Positions 18,403 to 28,403 of a DNA stretch of 64,000 nt are shown piece by piece. The notes beneath the pieces were generated by a model. The model saw only the letters and a program-made list of their open reading frames with translations, did no database searches and was not told the DNA's origin. Source of the stretch: a virus (Duplodnaviria; Caudoviricetes); IMG/VR virus record IMGVR_UViG_3300028549_001457, positions 96,001 through 160,000 of that record; one strand, given 5' to 3'. The first letter of the stretch is position 1. Every line of letters begins with the position of its first letter. The position numbers were made by a program, and so were the translations under genes.

Positions 18403-19002
18403 GTGCTATCTGTCCTTGAATCTACTGGTGTGAATACTTCCACGGCAACTTTATCCGTAGATATTCAAGAATTAACCGGAACTAAAAATGGGCACTCCGT
18501 TTCGTTTCTCCCCAGATCCTCTTTCCAAACTCAGGGACTTGGGGTCCCCGTTGCAACTGTTGAGCCCGTTGCAACTGCTAACCCAGTAGCCCCTGAGCCA
18601 ACTCCCCTGAAGAAGCTCCCTAATAGGCGAGGTGGGTTCAACCAAGTTTTAAAGATGTCCGATGGGATGAAACTCTATCTTAGAACCGGGGAATTCGCAG
18701 ATGGCTCCCTTGGTGAAATCTTCGTAGATACCCAAAAAGAGGGAACCTTTGCTAGGTCAATGTTAAACTGTTTTGCCGTTGCGATTTCTACGGGACTCCA
18801 GCATGGTGTTCCTCTGAGTGTTTTTGTGGACCAGTTTAAGACTGTTATGTTTGAGCCGAAAGGCCCCGTTAGCGGTTCAGATGTTGTTTTTGAGGCTACG
18901 TCCATTATTGATGCCCTTTTTAAGGAATTAGATGCCGCCTACCCTGACGGGGTGGCCCCCATTCCGGCTCCCGTTCGGTCCCCAGTCAAGCAGAATATGT
19001 GA
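18403..19002 (+). CDS. Stand-alone class II ribonucleotide reductase C-terminal (TSCPD-like) domain
   Basis: KLPNRRGG..KLYLRTGEFADGSLGEIFVD..KEG..AISTGLQHGVPL..FEPKG..ATSIIDALFKEL. Confidence 0.8.
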   Translation: MLSVLESTGVNTSTATLSVDIQELTGTKNGHSVSFLPRSSFQTQGLGVPVATVEPVATANPVAPEPTPLKKLPNRRGGFNQVLKMSDGMKLYLRTGEFADGSLGEIFVDTQKEGTFARSMLNCFAVAISTGLQHGVPLSVFVDQFKTVMFEPKGPVSGSDVVFEATSIIDALFKELDAAYPDGVAPIPAPVRSPVKQNM

Positions 19003-19014
19003 ATTTAGTTCTTT

Positions 19015-19026
19015 CCTTTATATAGG
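19015..19026 (+). promoter_or_regulatory. Candidate late promoter motif CCTTTATATAGG
   Basis: TTTATATAG recurs at 24254 and 60046 upstream of fibre genes. Confidence 0.4.
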
Positions 19027-19095
19027 ATTGTCTTAATACGGTCCTTTTAACAAGTCCAACGGTGCAACGCACCCACAATTTAGGAGTTCTTTTCC

Positions 19096-19818
19096 ATGAG
19101 TGAACTAAATCGTCTTCTTCGTCAAGCTGCGCGTATTACGGCTGGGGTCTCCCCCAACACTGATAGATCCGTTGAGGATCACAAGGATGATGCGTCTTAT
19201 GTAACGGCTTTGGCTACTGAAAAAAAAGCTTCTCTAAAGAAGGCCGATGCTGACCCCAACACGGATCAGGCTGAGGAAGATCACAAGGGTGACGCCGCAT
19301 ACGAGACAGCTCTTAACCCAAAGGTTGGCTCTAAGCGTAAGTTAGCTGAATTTTCTGCCCCAGAGCCTGAAGAAGAGGTGTCTGAGGCTCTTGACGCTGA
19401 AACTTCTGAGGAGGACACCCCCCAGGAAGATGTCATCGAATCCGTTACCAATGCCGACCTAGTGGAAGCTCTTGAGGATGTCAAGCAGGGTGTTATGGAT
19501 GCTCAGGAAGAAGCTGGGGAAGGCCCCGCCGCAGACCTCCTAGCGGCAATCCATGAAATTATTGAGGCCGTTGATGCCATTCAGGATGCTGTTTCTGTTG
19601 ATGCAATGAACGACCCCGCCGCTGAAGAGGCTTTTAAAACCGCCTCAAATTTCAAGAAATTCTTCATTAATGAGAGGAACATTAAGGCTGCTAAGGTTAT
19701 CCGCCAGAAGTTAGCCGCTCATCAGGCCGCTACCGCTAAGGCACCCGCTCCCAAAAAGGCTTCTGTTAAGAAGGCATTTGACCCGGCTGTCCTCGCACGA
19801 GCTACCAAAAAGAACTAA
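19096..19818 (+). CDS. Acidic/low-complexity putative head or scaffold protein
   Basis: SD AGGAG; duplicated PNTD..EDHK.DA.Y.TAL motif; acidic core, basic tail. Confidence 0.55.
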   Translation: MSELNRLLRQAARITAGVSPNTDRSVEDHKDDASYVTALATEKKASLKKADADPNTDQAEEDHKGDAAYETALNPKVGSKRKLAEFSAPEPEEEVSEALDAETSEEDTPQEDVIESVTNADLVEALEDVKQGVMDAQEEAGEGPAADLLAAIHEIIEAVDAIQDAVSVDAMNDPAAEEAFKTASNFKKFFINERNIKAAKVIRQKLAAHQAATAKAPAPKKASVKKAFDPAVLARATKKN

Positions 19819-19837
19819 CTAACTAACCTTATTTGAG

Positions 19838-19869
19838 AAGACCTGGGTCTACGGATTCAGGTCTTTTTC
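19838..19869 (+). terminator. Intrinsic terminator
   Basis: AAGACCTGGGTC-TACG-GATTCAGGTCTT stem with cUACGg tetraloop and U-tract. Confidence 0.8.
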
Positions 19870-19870
19870 T

Positions 19871-19875
19871 TGTAT
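19871..19875 (+). promoter_or_regulatory. TGTAT candidate promoter element
   Basis: Immediately after a terminator; begins 14 nt before an SD-less ATG (19885). Confidence 0.5.
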
Positions 19876-19884
19876 AGAGTATGT

Positions 19885-20367
19885 ATGCCTAAACTAATCT
19901 TACCTCCAAGCAACTCGTTTGACCCAACTCCTGAGGAGTTGCCCGAGGAGTCTCCTCAGGATGCCATCGGTGTAAGCGTCAGCCAGACTAAACTGCAAAA
20001 AAAGCCTCAGACTCAGATACATCCTGAAGCTATGCATAAATGCCTTCATGACATTAGGGAATACCGGGCCATGCTGGATGTTTCTAAGGGAAATCTCCAG
20101 CAAGTCCTATCTCTGGTATCTCGGGCCTTATCTTTAACAGAGGAAATTGAGGCTAGGCTTCGTACCACTAGGGCTATTAAGACTTCCGACCACTTTGAGG
20201 CTCTAGAACTTGCTAACCAGGAGTTGACTCGAATAGTTTGCACCACAATCCCCCGTAGCTTTTTAAATGTTTCTGCTTTTGTTGTGGGTAAAGCCCCTAC
20301 AATGCGGGACTCCCTTACGGATAGCCTAGTAGCCCTTACACATCCTCCTGAGACGAAACCGAAATGA
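19885..20367 (+). CDS. Hypothetical protein
   Basis: ORF 19870-20367; ATG 19885 preferred. Confidence 0.65.
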   Translation: MPKLILPPSNSFDPTPEELPEESPQDAIGVSVSQTKLQKKPQTQIHPEAMHKCLHDIREYRAMLDVSKGNLQQVLSLVSRALSLTEEIEARLRTTRAIKTSDHFEALELANQELTRIVCTTIPRSFLNVSAFVVGKAPTMRDSLTDSLVALTHPPETKPK

Positions 20368-20726
20368 CATTTATATTCAATGCAGATTCAGATGTGCATA
20401 TTGAAATTGCGGAGGATATTCTTGAATGTCTTCATGCTAAGTCTAAGTGGGCAATGGGGGCCTGGACCTGGGTGAGCTTAAGTAATCTTCAAGTTTACTA
20501 TGATACTAAGCTAGTTCATACTTTTACCGGACAAAGCTACCCCGAAAAATATTCGCTAGCCTCTTTCTTAAAACATCTAGTTTACGTAGGGATTGTTGAA
20601 CAGAATCAAGAACTCTTCTTAAGGGATTTGTTTTTTAGGTTAACTAAAGAAGGCCGTGCAATACTTGAGCAAAAGGGTGACGCTCTGTATCTATTTCTGT
20701 TAACTCAGAAACATCTATCTAAATAG
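20364..20726 (+). CDS. Hypothetical protein (possible winged helix)
   Basis: ATGA overlap; LKHLVYVGIV..FRLTKEG resembles a wHTH wing. Confidence 0.55.
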   Translation: MTFIFNADSDVHIEIAEDILECLHAKSKWAMGAWTWVSLSNLQVYYDTKLVHTFTGQSYPEKYSLASFLKHLVYVGIVEQNQELFLRDLFFRLTKEGRAILEQKGDALYLFLLTQKHLSK

Positions 20727-20736
20727 ATCACTCGTT

Positions 20737-21522
20737 TTGCCTTCTGATGAAGGCTATATCATGAGTGCCCATATGAACATAGATAACCAAATCCTCCAAA
20801 TTCAACGCGAGGTTGCTAGATCTATATCCCTAGGAGTTCTGTGTGGCCTACAGCCTGGGGGAGTCCCCTATGCTACGTATACTCAAGGGGAGGGGGATGT
20901 TAGGTATTCCTCCGACACATACGAAATCCCCGCCAGTAGTTTTTTTCAAGAATCTTTTCACTTGGCATCTAATTTAGCACTACCTCTTTCCAAGTTGGTT
21001 GCCCATGAGATGGGCCTCCCCAAACCACCTGAAGATAGTTTATTGAGCCTTCTAGCTGGGTATCCGTTTATATTCGCTACCTATGGGCTCTCTACTGTCG
21101 GTGATGACATCCCAATAAATATTGAGTTGTTAGAAGACATTACGTTTACGCATTTCATGCTTGTCGGGGGGGAGGCTAGGATTGGCAACGATGCGGTAGG
21201 GTTTGTTGTATCTCAAGAGTCTCAGCCTGGGGACCTTATAGAAGCTATAGGTTTTGTATCTCCGAGTAGTGTTATAGCTCCGGGCTACTCGGAAGTCCAT
21301 CTAAAAAATCTCGTGCAGCAAGAAAATCTATCCATGAAGACTATTTTAAATGCTCAAGAATCCTTTACATCTTCTTTTATAGAAGAGGTGGCCGCTTTGG
21401 GTGATGTTAACCTTCGTGCAAAAATTGTGTATGGAGTTGCTAGCTCACCATTTAACAATATTGACCAAGTTATTTCAAAGATTAGCCTCAAACGTAATAA
21501 GAAAAGAAAGGTCTCAAACTAG
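20737..21522 (+). CDS. Hypothetical protein
   Basis: 261-aa ORF; start may be ATG 20761. Confidence 0.65.
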   Translation: MPSDEGYIMSAHMNIDNQILQIQREVARSISLGVLCGLQPGGVPYATYTQGEGDVRYSSDTYEIPASSFFQESFHLASNLALPLSKLVAHEMGLPKPPEDSLLSLLAGYPFIFATYGLSTVGDDIPINIELLEDITFTHFMLVGGEARIGNDAVGFVVSQESQPGDLIEAIGFVSPSSVIAPGYSEVHLKNLVQQENLSMKTILNAQESFTSSFIEEVAALGDVNLRAKIVYGVASSPFNNIDQVISKISLKRNKKRKVSN

Positions 21523-21551
21523 CTCTCCTTTATGATTGGACTAAATACTTT

Positions 21552-21935
21552 ATGGCGACTCAAAAAACTGCTCTGAAAATTTACGTAACATGCCCTAGAT
21601 CTCTTGTTTCCTCTGCGTGGTCTAAATTGTCAGAGTCAACTGGGTGGGCTCCTGAAAAATCCTCCGAATTGCGGGATGAGTTCTTTAGGCTAACTGCAGA
21701 ACGGGCGGGTAAAAAACAACCCGGAGCTAAATTCCCTGATAATTTTGTTTTTACTAGATCCTATAAGACACATATTGGTAGGTTTATGGTGGTTGCTCAC
21801 TTCGCCCCCATTTATAATGAGGACGCAAGTGTTACGCTGCACCTCATTCAATTTGGTGCCTACTTTAAAATATGGGAGTCTGAGAAGGTTACCCAAGTCA
21901 ATTCAGGGGACGTAGATACCTACACGCAAGCTTAA
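21552..21935 (+). CDS. Hypothetical protein
   Basis: 127-aa ORF. Confidence 0.65.
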   Translation: MATQKTALKIYVTCPRSLVSSAWSKLSESTGWAPEKSSELRDEFFRLTAERAGKKQPGAKFPDNFVFTRSYKTHIGRFMVVAHFAPIYNEDASVTLHLIQFGAYFKIWESEKVTQVNSGDVDTYTQA

Positions 21936-21980
21936 TCTCTGCAGGGGCCTTAAATTTAACCATTCCAGGAGGCCTCGGCC

Positions 21981-24251
21981 ATGCGCTACTTTAATAGTAT
22001 AAATCTTCAAGATGCCCCCATAAAGAACCTTGTTCTTGAGCAACTAGCTACTGATCCTAGTAGCCCATCCCAGGGTGAACTCTGGTATAATACAACTGGC
22101 AACCTACCCAAGATTATGCTAAATGATCGGGTTATGACTTTTACCGATCAATACATTTCATCCGTTTCTGGGTCGGGGGTTGTCGCGGTTTCTGGTGGTC
22201 TGAATCCCACGATATCCCTAACATCTTCTGCAGTTTCTGGACAGGCTCTGCTTTCAAGGGGTTCCGGGGTAGCTCCTTCTTTTGGAGCCCTTAACTTAGC
22301 TGGAGGGGTCTCTTTTGTCTCGGGGGTTCTCCCTGTAGCCAATGGTGGGACTGGCGTATCCACCGGGGCTGCTAATTTATTTTTTGGGACCCCCACTGGT
22401 GCCGCTGGTGCCCCCGGTCTCCGCGCAATTGTGGTAGCAGACCTTCCCACGATCCCCTGGTCAAAAATAGACGGAGCAACTACTCCTATAACGCTTAGTG
22501 GCTATGGGATTTCTGATGCTATTAACGTTAGCCAGAAGGGTGCTGCAAGTGGGGTAGCCACTTTAGACTCTGGGGGAAAGATCCTCGTCTCCCAGCTTCC
22601 CTCTGCCATAGTTGGGGGGATGGTTTATCAAGGGGTTTGGGATGCCTCCGCTAACACTCCTAGCATCACTTCAGGGTCTTCCTCTGAGGTTAATAAAGGC
22701 TACTTCTATAAAGTTAGTTCCGCTGGGTCCACTACTGTAGACGGGAATTCTTCCTGGCAGATCGGTGACTGGATTGTTTCAAATGGAACTGCGTGGGACA
22801 AGATTGATAATACGGACTCCGTTTCATCTGTAGCAGGTAGAACAGGGGCTATTACCTTAGCTGTATCGGATATATCTGGAGCGGCTCCCTTACTAAATCC
22901 CACATTCTCAGGCACAGTTACCGCTACAACTTTTTCAGGGTCTGGTGCTTCTCTAACAGATATTCCTAACTCTGCATTTATCAATAGTTCTATTACGGTG
23001 GGCTCTACACAAATTTCTTTGGGAGCCTCCACCACAACATTAGCCGGGTTAACCTCTGTGACTGCCACCACTTTTGTGGGTGCTCTTACCGGGACTGCCA
23101 CTAATTCTACAAATGCAGGGATTACTAACGATGTAGCTACTTCCACGGCAGTTTACCCAACTTGGGTATCTGCCAACACTGGCAATCTCCCCGTTAAGAC
23201 TTCTAGCACAAAGCTGTCATTTATCCCTACTACAGGTATTCTCACGGCTTCTGGATTTGTTGGATCTGGAGCAGGGTTAACCGCAATTCCCAATTCTGCT
23301 TTAACCAATAATACAATAACAGTGGGAACCACTGCCATCTCTCTCGGTGCGTCCGCTACCATTCTGGCTGGCTTGTCTTCCGTAACCGCCACTACCTTTG
23401 TTGGGTCTCTAACCGGGACAGCTTCCTCTGCCACTAATACTGCTATTATAAATGATGTTGCCACTGCAACTGCGGTTTATCCAACTTGGGTTTCTGCAAA
23501 CACGGGGAATCTACCTCAAAAAACGTCCAGTACAAAGCTGTCTTTTGTTCCTTCTACGGGGACCCTCAGTGCTACTTCGTTCTCTGGGGCACATTCGGGC
23601 TCTGGTGCTGGTCTAACAGCCATTCCGAACTCCGCTCTAACAAATAGTTCTATTACCATTGGTTCCACGGCTATTACGCTTGGAGCTTCCTCAACAACCT
23701 TAGCTGGGCTCTCGTCTGTAGCCTCCACTTCATTCATAGGGTCCCTAACAGGTAATGCTTCTACGGTAACAACCAATGCTAATTTATCGGGGGATGTTTC
23801 CTCTGTTGGCAACGTTACTACGTTAGCTACCGTGGCAACTGCAGGTACGTATGCTAAGGTTACTGTCAATGTCAAAGGTTTAGTAACATCTGGGGGAAGT
23901 CTCGCGGCCTCAGACATCCCATCCCTAGACTTCTCTAAGATAGTTACCGGAACAGTTCCTGTAAACCAGGGTGGGACGGGGGCTACAACGGCTGCGGCTG
24001 CGAGGGCCAATCTGGGTGCCGTAGGTAAGTCTTCTGATTTAATTGGTGATGGTTCCACAACCTCTATTACTTACACACATGGGCTTGGGCTAGCGTCCAA
24101 GAATGCTTGTACAATTACCGTATGTATTGAAGCTACAGGTGAGGTTATCATGCCAGATATCTTCATTATTGACGCTAACTCCATCCTACTTGTGTATGGT
24201 CCTGGGCTACAGCCAGCCTTGGACGCACATCGAGTCACTGTCATAGGTTGA
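21981..24251 (+). CDS. Fibre-like virion protein with internal repeats
   Basis: SD AGGAGG; Ser/Thr/Gly-rich; ATDPSSPSQGELWYNT, ATLDSGGK..YQGVW module, C-terminal HGL module. Confidence 0.8.
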   Translation: MRYFNSINLQDAPIKNLVLEQLATDPSSPSQGELWYNTTGNLPKIMLNDRVMTFTDQYISSVSGSGVVAVSGGLNPTISLTSSAVSGQALLSRGSGVAPSFGALNLAGGVSFVSGVLPVANGGTGVSTGAANLFFGTPTGAAGAPGLRAIVVADLPTIPWSKIDGATTPITLSGYGISDAINVSQKGAASGVATLDSGGKILVSQLPSAIVGGMVYQGVWDASANTPSITSGSSSEVNKGYFYKVSSAGSTTVDGNSSWQIGDWIVSNGTAWDKIDNTDSVSSVAGRTGAITLAVSDISGAAPLLNPTFSGTVTATTFSGSGASLTDIPNSAFINSSITVGSTQISLGASTTTLAGLTSVTATTFVGALTGTATNSTNAGITNDVATSTAVYPTWVSANTGNLPVKTSSTKLSFIPTTGILTASGFVGSGAGLTAIPNSALTNNTITVGTTAISLGASATILAGLSSVTATTFVGSLTGTASSATNTAIINDVATATAVYPTWVSANTGNLPQKTSSTKLSFVPSTGTLSATSFSGAHSGSGAGLTAIPNSALTNSSITIGSTAITLGASSTTLAGLSSVASTSFIGSLTGNASTVTTNANLSGDVSSVGNVTTLATVATAGTYAKVTVNVKGLVTSGGSLAASDIPSLDFSKIVTGTVPVNQGGTGATTAAAARANLGAVGKSSDLIGDGSTTSITYTHGLGLASKNACTITVCIEATGEVIMPDIFIIDANSILLVYGPGLQPALDAHRVTVIG
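22938..23770 (+). repeat. About 108-aa coding repeat, 2.5 copies
   Basis: Units starting GSGA.LT.IPNSA at 22938, 23262 and 23598. Confidence 0.85.
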
Positions 24252-24261
24252 TTTTTATATA

Positions 24262-24286
24262 GGTGTCCCCTTTTAATAGGGACACC
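24262..24286 (+). promoter_or_regulatory. Hairpin in 5' leader of a fibre gene
   Basis: GGTGTCCC-CTTTTAATA-GGGACACC directly after TTTATATAG. Confidence 0.5.
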
Positions 24287-24305
24287 ACTTTGATCAGGAC
24301 CCCTC

Positions 24306-26132
24306 GTGCCTAAACTTTTAGGATCTCTTACAACAAATGATAACAGTCAGAAAGGTGTGACCTCCTCATGGGTAACCACCTTTCTGACTGGGTATGCTCC
24401 TTTAGCGTCTCCTGCACTCTCAGGGGTTCCCACGGCCCCCACCGCATCAGTAGGGACTAACACATCACAACTTGCTACTACAGCTTTTGTGCTGGCTAAT
24501 GCTGGGACCGCCAATGCATGGAAATTTACAGGGAACGCCGGAACTGATCCAGCAACACACTTCCTTGGAACTACTGATAATCAACCCTTAATGTTTAGAA
24601 TTAACAATTCTATTCAAATGCAACTCACAGCCCTAGGGCAACTTAAATTAGCTTACCCAACTGCTTCTGGAATTACAGGGACGGAACGTCTCATTATTAA
24701 TGATGCTACTGGGAGTCTCTCGGACTTTTCTTTTGTGGCTGCTGGTGGGGGCTACCCAGCCTTGAACTTAGGGTCTTCTCGCGGGACTCCGGTAGTCCGT
24801 GCCACCTTAACTTCAGGGGATTCTCTTGGAAGTTATCTTTGGTGGGGTTTCGACGGGTCCTCATTTATTAAAGCCGCTGAAATTGTGGCAAGAGCCTCTA
24901 CAGTTGCGTCTGGGGTTATGACCGCTAGAGTTGACTATATAGTAAATGGAACTACTGTGGCAGCGATGACTTCTAGCGGGGTTGCCTTAAGTGGTCTCCC
25001 CACCGCCCCCACAGCTTCTGTAGGAACTTCCACTACACAGCTTGCAACTACTGAATTTGTTTCTGCAGCTTTAACTGCGTCTGGCGTTGCCATTCCAGCG
25101 GGAGAAATCCCTTATGGAAATGCTTCGGGGACGGGGCTCACCAGTTCCAGTATGGTCTGGGATAGCATATCTGGGCTCAGTGTGGGTGGGAGTGCTAGTT
25201 TTGCTGGAAATGGAGTCTTTGGTGCAAATCTATCCGCCTTAAATGCAAATCTTTCTGGAAGTCTCCTATTAACCTCGATCCCGGATCCAGCGATACCTTC
25301 TGGGGTGATTGGGAAACTTTATTCAAAAGTAATTGCCGGTAGGGTCCTTCCTAAATGGGTCGGCCCTTCTGGTATTGACTTTACTTTCCAGCCTCTGTTA
25401 GGCCAAGATAAAGTGAGTCAATGGAGCCCTCCTGGGAATGCAACTACGGCTCCAACCCTATTTGGGGGTGCGTCTGTATTTACTGTGGTGGGTACCGCGA
25501 CTAAACGAGACGTTACTACTACGAATAAAGCTACTCGAACTAAACGGTTGGGGTATGTTTCTAACACATCATCTGGCTCGTTAACCTCCATCCGCACTTC
25601 TAGGGCGCAGCATACTCTCGGGGTTCCTGGGAACCCTAATATGGGTGGGTTCTTCCTGGTTTTGAGGTTCGTTCCCTCCAATGCGGCCTATATCTCAAAT
25701 GAGCGATTCTTTGCAGGTTTATGGGCTACAACCGGAGCGCCTACAAATGTCGAGCCGAGCACTCTCACTAACTGTATTGGCCTAGCAAAGCTATCCGGAT
25801 CATCTAACCTACACATTGTTTATGGCGGTTCTGTTGCCCAACCTGCCATTGACCTTGGGGCCACATTTCCTGCTACAGGGCTATCTACCGATTTGTATGA
25901 GCTTATTATATTTGCTCCCCCCAATCTGGATAACACTGTTTATTATAAGGTTGCGCGTTTAAACGTTTCGCAAGCTCATGCGGAGGGGACCCTTGTTGCT
26001 GCAACTCCTGGGAACCAGCTTCCCCTCAATACAACTCGTTTGGCGGCACCTGTGATCTGGAAATGTAATCATACTAGTAATGGCGCTGTAGCCTTTGATT
26101 TAGTTAGTGCTTACCTTGCTACGGATGAGTAA
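24306..26132 (+). CDS. Tail fibre-like protein
   Basis: APLASPALSGVPTAPTA..NTSQLATTAFV repeat (twice), FLGTTDNQPL; followed by a chaperone-like gene. Confidence 0.8.
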   Translation: MPKLLGSLTTNDNSQKGVTSSWVTTFLTGYAPLASPALSGVPTAPTASVGTNTSQLATTAFVLANAGTANAWKFTGNAGTDPATHFLGTTDNQPLMFRINNSIQMQLTALGQLKLAYPTASGITGTERLIINDATGSLSDFSFVAAGGGYPALNLGSSRGTPVVRATLTSGDSLGSYLWWGFDGSSFIKAAEIVARASTVASGVMTARVDYIVNGTTVAAMTSSGVALSGLPTAPTASVGTSTTQLATTEFVSAALTASGVAIPAGEIPYGNASGTGLTSSSMVWDSISGLSVGGSASFAGNGVFGANLSALNANLSGSLLLTSIPDPAIPSGVIGKLYSKVIAGRVLPKWVGPSGIDFTFQPLLGQDKVSQWSPPGNATTAPTLFGGASVFTVVGTATKRDVTTTNKATRTKRLGYVSNTSSGSLTSIRTSRAQHTLGVPGNPNMGGFFLVLRFVPSNAAYISNERFFAGLWATTGAPTNVEPSTLTNCIGLAKLSGSSNLHIVYGGSVAQPAIDLGATFPATGLSTDLYELIIFAPPNLDNTVYYKVARLNVSQAHAEGTLVAATPGNQLPLNTTRLAAPVIWKCNHTSNGAVAFDLVSAYLATDE

Positions 26133-26135
26133 ATA

Positions 26136-26570
26136 ATGTCATACACATACTTCCCCGATTATGGCTCTGTTATTCGAGATTCGGATCAGAAGTTAATTGC
26201 CCCCTGTCAGAGTGTTGATGATTCGGACTACCTAGATTATATCGCCTGGGTACGTGAGGGAAACACCCCCGCACCACCGCCTGAAAACTCTGATATATCC
26301 CTCCTAAAGGAGGAGTTGGTTAACATCATTCAATTAAAAATGGACACTATAGCTGCTTCTAGGGGGTATGACTCCATCCTGTCTCTATGCAGCTACGCAA
26401 CTTCTACTATCCCTCAATTTAACCGTGAAGCAGCGGCGGGAGTTGTTTGGAGAGATCAGTGCTGGTCTCTAGGGTATGGCATTTTAGCCGAAGTTCTCCA
26501 GGGCATTCGTCCAATTCCTACGGTAGAGGAAGTTGTTGCCATGATGCCTGAAATTGATTGGGGTGACTAA
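26136..26570 (+). CDS. Tail fibre assembly chaperone-like protein
   Basis: DYLDYIAWV..GNTP and RGYDSILSLCSYATS..WRDQCW..IPTVEEVVAMMP, typical of genes downstream of tail fibres. Confidence 0.75.
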   Translation: MSYTYFPDYGSVIRDSDQKLIAPCQSVDDSDYLDYIAWVREGNTPAPPPENSDISLLKEELVNIIQLKMDTIAASRGYDSILSLCSYATSTIPQFNREAAAGVVWRDQCWSLGYGILAEVLQGIRPIPTVEEVVAMMPEIDWGD

Positions 26571-26587
26571 GTTGCGCTTTGTTTTCT

Positions 26588-26622
26588 AAATGGCCGGAAT
26601 AAGTTCCGGCCATTTCTCTTTT
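26588..26622 (+). terminator. Intrinsic terminator-like hairpin
   Basis: AAATGGCCGGAA-TAAG-TTCCGGCCATTT then CTCTTTT, abutting SD AAGGAG. Confidence 0.7.
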
Positions 26623-26639
26623 AAGGAGTAAGGTGCATT

Positions 26640-27422
26640 ATGCCAGATGTCTTCCAGCAATTAAAACAAAAATCAGGGTGGGGTGACCTGATTGATACTG
26701 TTAAACATGCAATCCAAGATGCATTTAGAAAACCTTCTAGATATATGTCTAGTATGCGTAATTATAGAGATGATGGTGAAATAGAAGAAGATTTATCATA
26801 CTTGAGTAAAAATAAGGGGAAGAAAATCTCCTGGGATCAATTTAAACGAGAACGCTATTCTACAGCGACTCCTGAGGAGTTTGAGGCCATTAAGAAGATT
26901 TTTATTGAAGGGGGTGCTGGTGATCGCTCAGGGGTCTATGCAGATAAAGCTTTAGCCCTCTTTGTGCCCCCAACTCCAGCAGAGACTACAGCACCCCCAG
27001 CAGCACCTTCTGCTACGGGTGCTCCATCAGCCCCAGGCGCTCCATCAGCCACACCTGAGCCAACACCCGCAGCGGCTGGCACCCCAGCTTCGTTGGCCAA
27101 CCAAGTCCTAGCTAAAATTAATGAGCAATATCAGGCTTCAGGAAAATCTTGGATATCCTACGCGGACGCTCTTGCTATTAGCCCTACAGTGGTTAAAAAT
27201 GTGCTGCCTAAAGTAAGGAGGCAGCTTCAGGCTAGGGGTAAGGATTTATTTAATAATAAGAAACAAAAACGTTATTATATAATTAAAAAGCCTAGAACGA
27301 GTGCCGTTAGTGATCCATGGATGTCCTCTTTAATAGAGGGCGAAACGGCTAGGCTTTTTTTCATGCACCGAGCCTCTCTTATTGCCCCTAAGTCTGTTAC
27401 GTCCCCCTTAAATGAGGTCTAA
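26640..27422 (+). CDS. Hypothetical protein with Ala/Pro-rich linker (possible internal virion protein)
   Basis: SD AAGGAG; central PPAAPSATGAPSAPG tract. Confidence 0.65.
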   Translation: MPDVFQQLKQKSGWGDLIDTVKHAIQDAFRKPSRYMSSMRNYRDDGEIEEDLSYLSKNKGKKISWDQFKRERYSTATPEEFEAIKKIFIEGGAGDRSGVYADKALALFVPPTPAETTAPPAAPSATGAPSAPGAPSATPEPTPAAAGTPASLANQVLAKINEQYQASGKSWISYADALAISPTVVKNVLPKVRRQLQARGKDLFNNKKQKRYYIIKKPRTSAVSDPWMSSLIEGETARLFFMHRASLIAPKSVTSPLNEV

Positions 27423-27425
27423 TTT

Positions 27426-28400
27426 ATGGCAATGTATGGCTGGATAGCCTCCACTCCAGGGTTTAACGATAAGATTAAAAATCCACAGACTTTGGGTCTC
27501 CTTCAGAAGTTTAGTTACTCTGAGGATACTGAGGCCTTTAAGTTTGAGTTGGGTGATGTAGTCGATTCCCATAATTCGGAGGGGTCCTATGATCACACTG
27601 TATGGATAGAAATTTATGAGAAAGCTGGCTCAAAGTTGGGGGAGATCTCTACTGAGATTTCAGATAACTCCGTGGGAAACCTAGGTTCAAAGTATATTCT
27701 TTTAGCAGCCTGCTTAGAGAAACTTGGTTTTGTTGATGAAGACTCTATGACAACGCCCGAGGATGCTTTCGAAGATACAGCACAGGAGCCTCCCTTGGAA
27801 GCCTTGCCGGATGATGATATGCAGCACTCTGCTAGGATGAAAGCGGCTGTTCGTATTCTTAAGGCTATTGCAAGCACTGGTATTGAGCTAGCCGACCCTA
27901 ACTTTAGAAAGCAGGACTCGGAGGGGTGGGGTGCGGATGACACAAAGGCGCATCAGAGGGAGTCTCAGCAACAACAACAATCTCAGTCTCGTCAGCAGCA
28001 GTTTTATTTATCCAGTGCTAAAAGTAAGCTTAAGCGTTTCTATTCCAGTCTTCTGAATACTCCCGCCGAAGGGACCTCGATCCCCATTGCAGAGTATCTT
28101 CGCCAGACTGATGGTAATTGGGGAGCCCTGTTTAATAAACCTGAGTTTAGGCGTGTGGCTATTCAAGCTAAAAATAAGCTCCAAGAATTCTTCACGCATT
28201 CTAATTTGACACAGGAAGAGGCTGAGGCTTTCAAAAATCAGACCGACACCAGTCTTGATACTAAAGCAAATATTGTTAGATTGTTAGAGGAACTTCCGGG
28301 GGCGTCCCATCAGAGCAAGGTTGCCAGTTGTATTTCTGCTCTAGATGCTTTTATTAAGCGTGGGAATACCCTAAATGAAGACTTTGAGGACAAGGATTAA
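27426..28400 (+). CDS. Hypothetical protein with poly-Gln tract (possible internal virion protein)
   Basis: 324-aa ORF; SQQQQQSQSRQQQ. Confidence 0.65.
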   Translation: MAMYGWIASTPGFNDKIKNPQTLGLLQKFSYSEDTEAFKFELGDVVDSHNSEGSYDHTVWIEIYEKAGSKLGEISTEISDNSVGNLGSKYILLAACLEKLGFVDEDSMTTPEDAFEDTAQEPPLEALPDDDMQHSARMKAAVRILKAIASTGIELADPNFRKQDSEGWGADDTKAHQRESQQQQQSQSRQQQFYLSSAKSKLKRFYSSLLNTPAEGTSIPIAEYLRQTDGNWGALFNKPEFRRVAIQAKNKLQEFFTHSNLTQEEAEAFKNQTDTSLDTKANIVRLLEELPGASHQSKVASCISALDAFIKRGNTLNEDFEDKD

Positions 28401-28403
28401 ATC

